From Octopus sinensis (lineage: Eukaryota): DNA of 64,000 nt. The notes under the pieces are model-generated. The model was not told where the DNA came from. It saw nothing but the letters and a program-made list of their open reading frames with translations, and ran no database searches. How positions within the stretch are numbered: position 1 is the first letter of the stretch; each line of letters begins with the position of its first letter. Below are positions 61,527 through 64,000 of the stretch, one piece after another. A program made the translations under genes and the position numbers. The stretch spans positions 114,018,001 to 114,082,000 of the forward strand of contig NC_042997.1 in assembly GCF_006345805.1 (NCBI RefSeq). Reading direction: 5' to 3'.

Positions 61527-63407
61527 TTAGTGTCCATTCCAGGGCTGGCACACTGGAAGGCTGCAGCAGACTCCAGTCTGATTTGGCATGGTTTTCTACA
61601 GCTGGATGCCCTTTCTAATGCCAACCATTCTGAGAGTGTGATGGGTGCTTTTACATGCCACTGGCACAGGTGCCATTTGTGTGACACTGGTGTCTGCCAC
61701 GACTATGATTTTGCTTAGCTTGCTGGATCTTTTTCTCAAGCACCACATAATGCCAATGCTCTTGGTCATTGCCTCTGCGAGGCCCAACACTCGAAAGGAA
61801 CTCAGTCACTTTGTCTTTGTGAGGCCCAACACTCAAAAGCAACTCAGTCACTTTGCTTCCATGAGGCCCAACACTCAAAAGGTACTCAGCCACTTTGCCT
61901 CTGTGACGCCAATGCTTGAAAGGAATTGTATGGTATTATATATTACCATTATTATCACCATCATTGTGGTGCCACATAAAAAGCAAAGGCACTGGTGCCA
62001 CGTAAAAAGCACTTGTGATGGTGCCATGTAAAATAAAAAGCATCCAGTATACACTGTGAAGTGGCTGGCATTAGGAAAGACATGCAGCCATTGAAACCAG
62101 GCCAAAACAGACAACTGGTGCCTAATGCGGCTCTCTGACTTGCCAGCTCCTGTCAAACTGTCCGACCCATGCCAGCGAGGAAGATGGACGTTAAATGATG
62201 ATGATGATCATCACGATCGTTATCATCATTGTCATCATCATCACCACTTTTACCACTACCACCACTATCACCACCATTGCCATTGCAGTCATTATTTATC
62301 ACCATCATCACTATTTTCATCATTCTCATCTCCATGATTATATTATTGACATCACTATTATCAGCATCCTTATGATGATGAATAACAACACCACCACCAT
62401 CACCTCCACCATTAGTACCACTATCATCATCATCATTATCACCAGTTCAATGTATTTTGTTGTTTTCTTTTCCATGCTATCATCTTGACCCTGCATTTCC
62501 TGTTCCTTGATTCAACCTCCTTTTGATCTGAACACTCTTCTTCTTCTTGACCATGTCTTTCTGAGACAACTTCTGCCATAAACATGTTCAACATGTTCCA
62601 CTCTCATTTACATGGCAACAGAAATTAATGCACACAGGAAAGAGTCTGGAATAGTTTGTTTTAAAAAGTTTTTTTATTCCTAATAATATTTTCAATGTGC
62701 TTCCTTTAAAATGAATTTTATACAAGAATGGTGGGGTGAGGGTATTATTGTCTGTGGTTGGAGATTGGTCAAGTCCTCATTAAAACATGCCAATACAGAT
62801 TTATTAACCATGAGAGATGGGCTGTACTTCAATTATCTTGAAATAATTTCAAGTTTACATTTACATAAGCATTCAGTGTATGCATAATTTTATCACAGGG
62901 TTAAAAATTTGCATGGCTTAAGCACCGGCATGGCTGTGTGGTAAGAAGTTTGCTTACCAACTGCATGTTTCTGGGTTTAGTTCCTGTTGTATAGTGAAAC
63001 TGTATACCCCTCCCAGTAGAAAGTGGTAGTAACCAGCCATTATGAATAAACCAGTAGATGGTCGAGTGTATGTGTAGACTGTGTTGATAGTCGTGTCTGT
63101 GCTGATATAGTAATTATACTGTGATACTGAGTGGACATTATAATGATTCAACCATTTGAGGATAATAATACTGTATAATTGGGGGTCATACAGTGCCAGA
63201 TAGAAACATCTTATTGACGATTTCGTAATTTAATAATATTTGTCACAGTAACAACTGTTGTTAAACGACAGATACAGCAGTGGCAAAAGACAGTTTTACA
63301 ACAGTTCCACTGTGTGGCACCTTCGGTAAGTGTCTTCCAGTATAGCTTTGGACACCAACCAAAGCCTTGTGAGTGGATTTCATAGAGGGAAACTGGAAAA
63401 AGCCCAT

Positions 63408-63459
<52 letters not shown>

Positions 63460-64000
63460 TATTAACGTCATTTGATAGTTGCAAACAAGACTGATTTCTG
63501 TATGGTGGAATATATCCAGCTTCTTGATCACCCCTTCACTGACATTTTCTATGTTTTATTGCTATACAGAAGCAATCTCAGAATTATTGCACTATACGGC
63601 TGACCTTGTTCCACGTAAAGAGCACTCAATACATTCTGTAAAGTAGTCAGTGTTAGGAAGAGCAGTCAGCCATGTAAACCAAGCCAACACACATGACTGG
63701 AGCTTGGTGCAGCTCTCTGGCTTGCCAGTTCCTGTCAAACTGTCCAATCCATATCAGCATGGAAAACGGACGTTAAATGATGATGATGATGAGATGATGA
63801 TGATGATGATGACAACAAGCTTCTTTCAGTCTCTCTCTAGCAAATCCCCTCACATGGTATCGGTTGGCCTGGGGCTATTGTAGAAGACACTTGCCCTGGA
63901 CTGAACTCCAAACCATGTGTTTAGAATGCAAAGTTAACCGTTCCTGCATTCTAAAATTTTATTTTATTTTTAAGGTTACAAGAAACTCAGATTCTGAGGT

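Noticed and set aside
61770-61920. Regularly spaced ~39-bp repeats superficially like a CRISPR array
   Set aside because: Pure tandem units without unique spacers, inside a eukaryotic SINE family; no cas genes.

Overview
AT-rich, repeat-dense eukaryotic genomic DNA. The SINE and microsatellite landscape resembles an Octopus/coleoid cephalopod genome; this is an inference, as no search was run. Two protein-coding genes are supported, arranged head-to-head. The first is an intronless, full-length trans-2,3-enoyl-CoA reductase (TECR, 1103-2017, minus). The second is a 7-exon mitochondrial BolA1-type gene missed by the ORF track (9503-32688, plus; 130 aa assembled by hand across six GT-AG introns). 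The remainder is mostly transposon debris: several SINE families; CR1, RTE and CRE-like LINE fragments; a Helitron; Tigger, hAT, Merlin-like and foldback MITEs; an LTR with a PBS-like motif; many hairpin elements; and microsatellites. The most striking structure is a ~1.28-kb near-perfect palindrome in BOLA1 intron 5. Each arm carries a complete type I hammerhead ribozyme motif with a palindromic stem III, an architecture typical of Penelope-like element pseudo-LTRs. Other notable items are a CR1 element apparently split by an inversion with a 38-bp inverted breakpoint duplication, a candidate poison exon in BOLA1, and two TIR elements just upstream of the BOLA1 start codon. No host gene could be confidently identified from ~33 kb to the end of the window.
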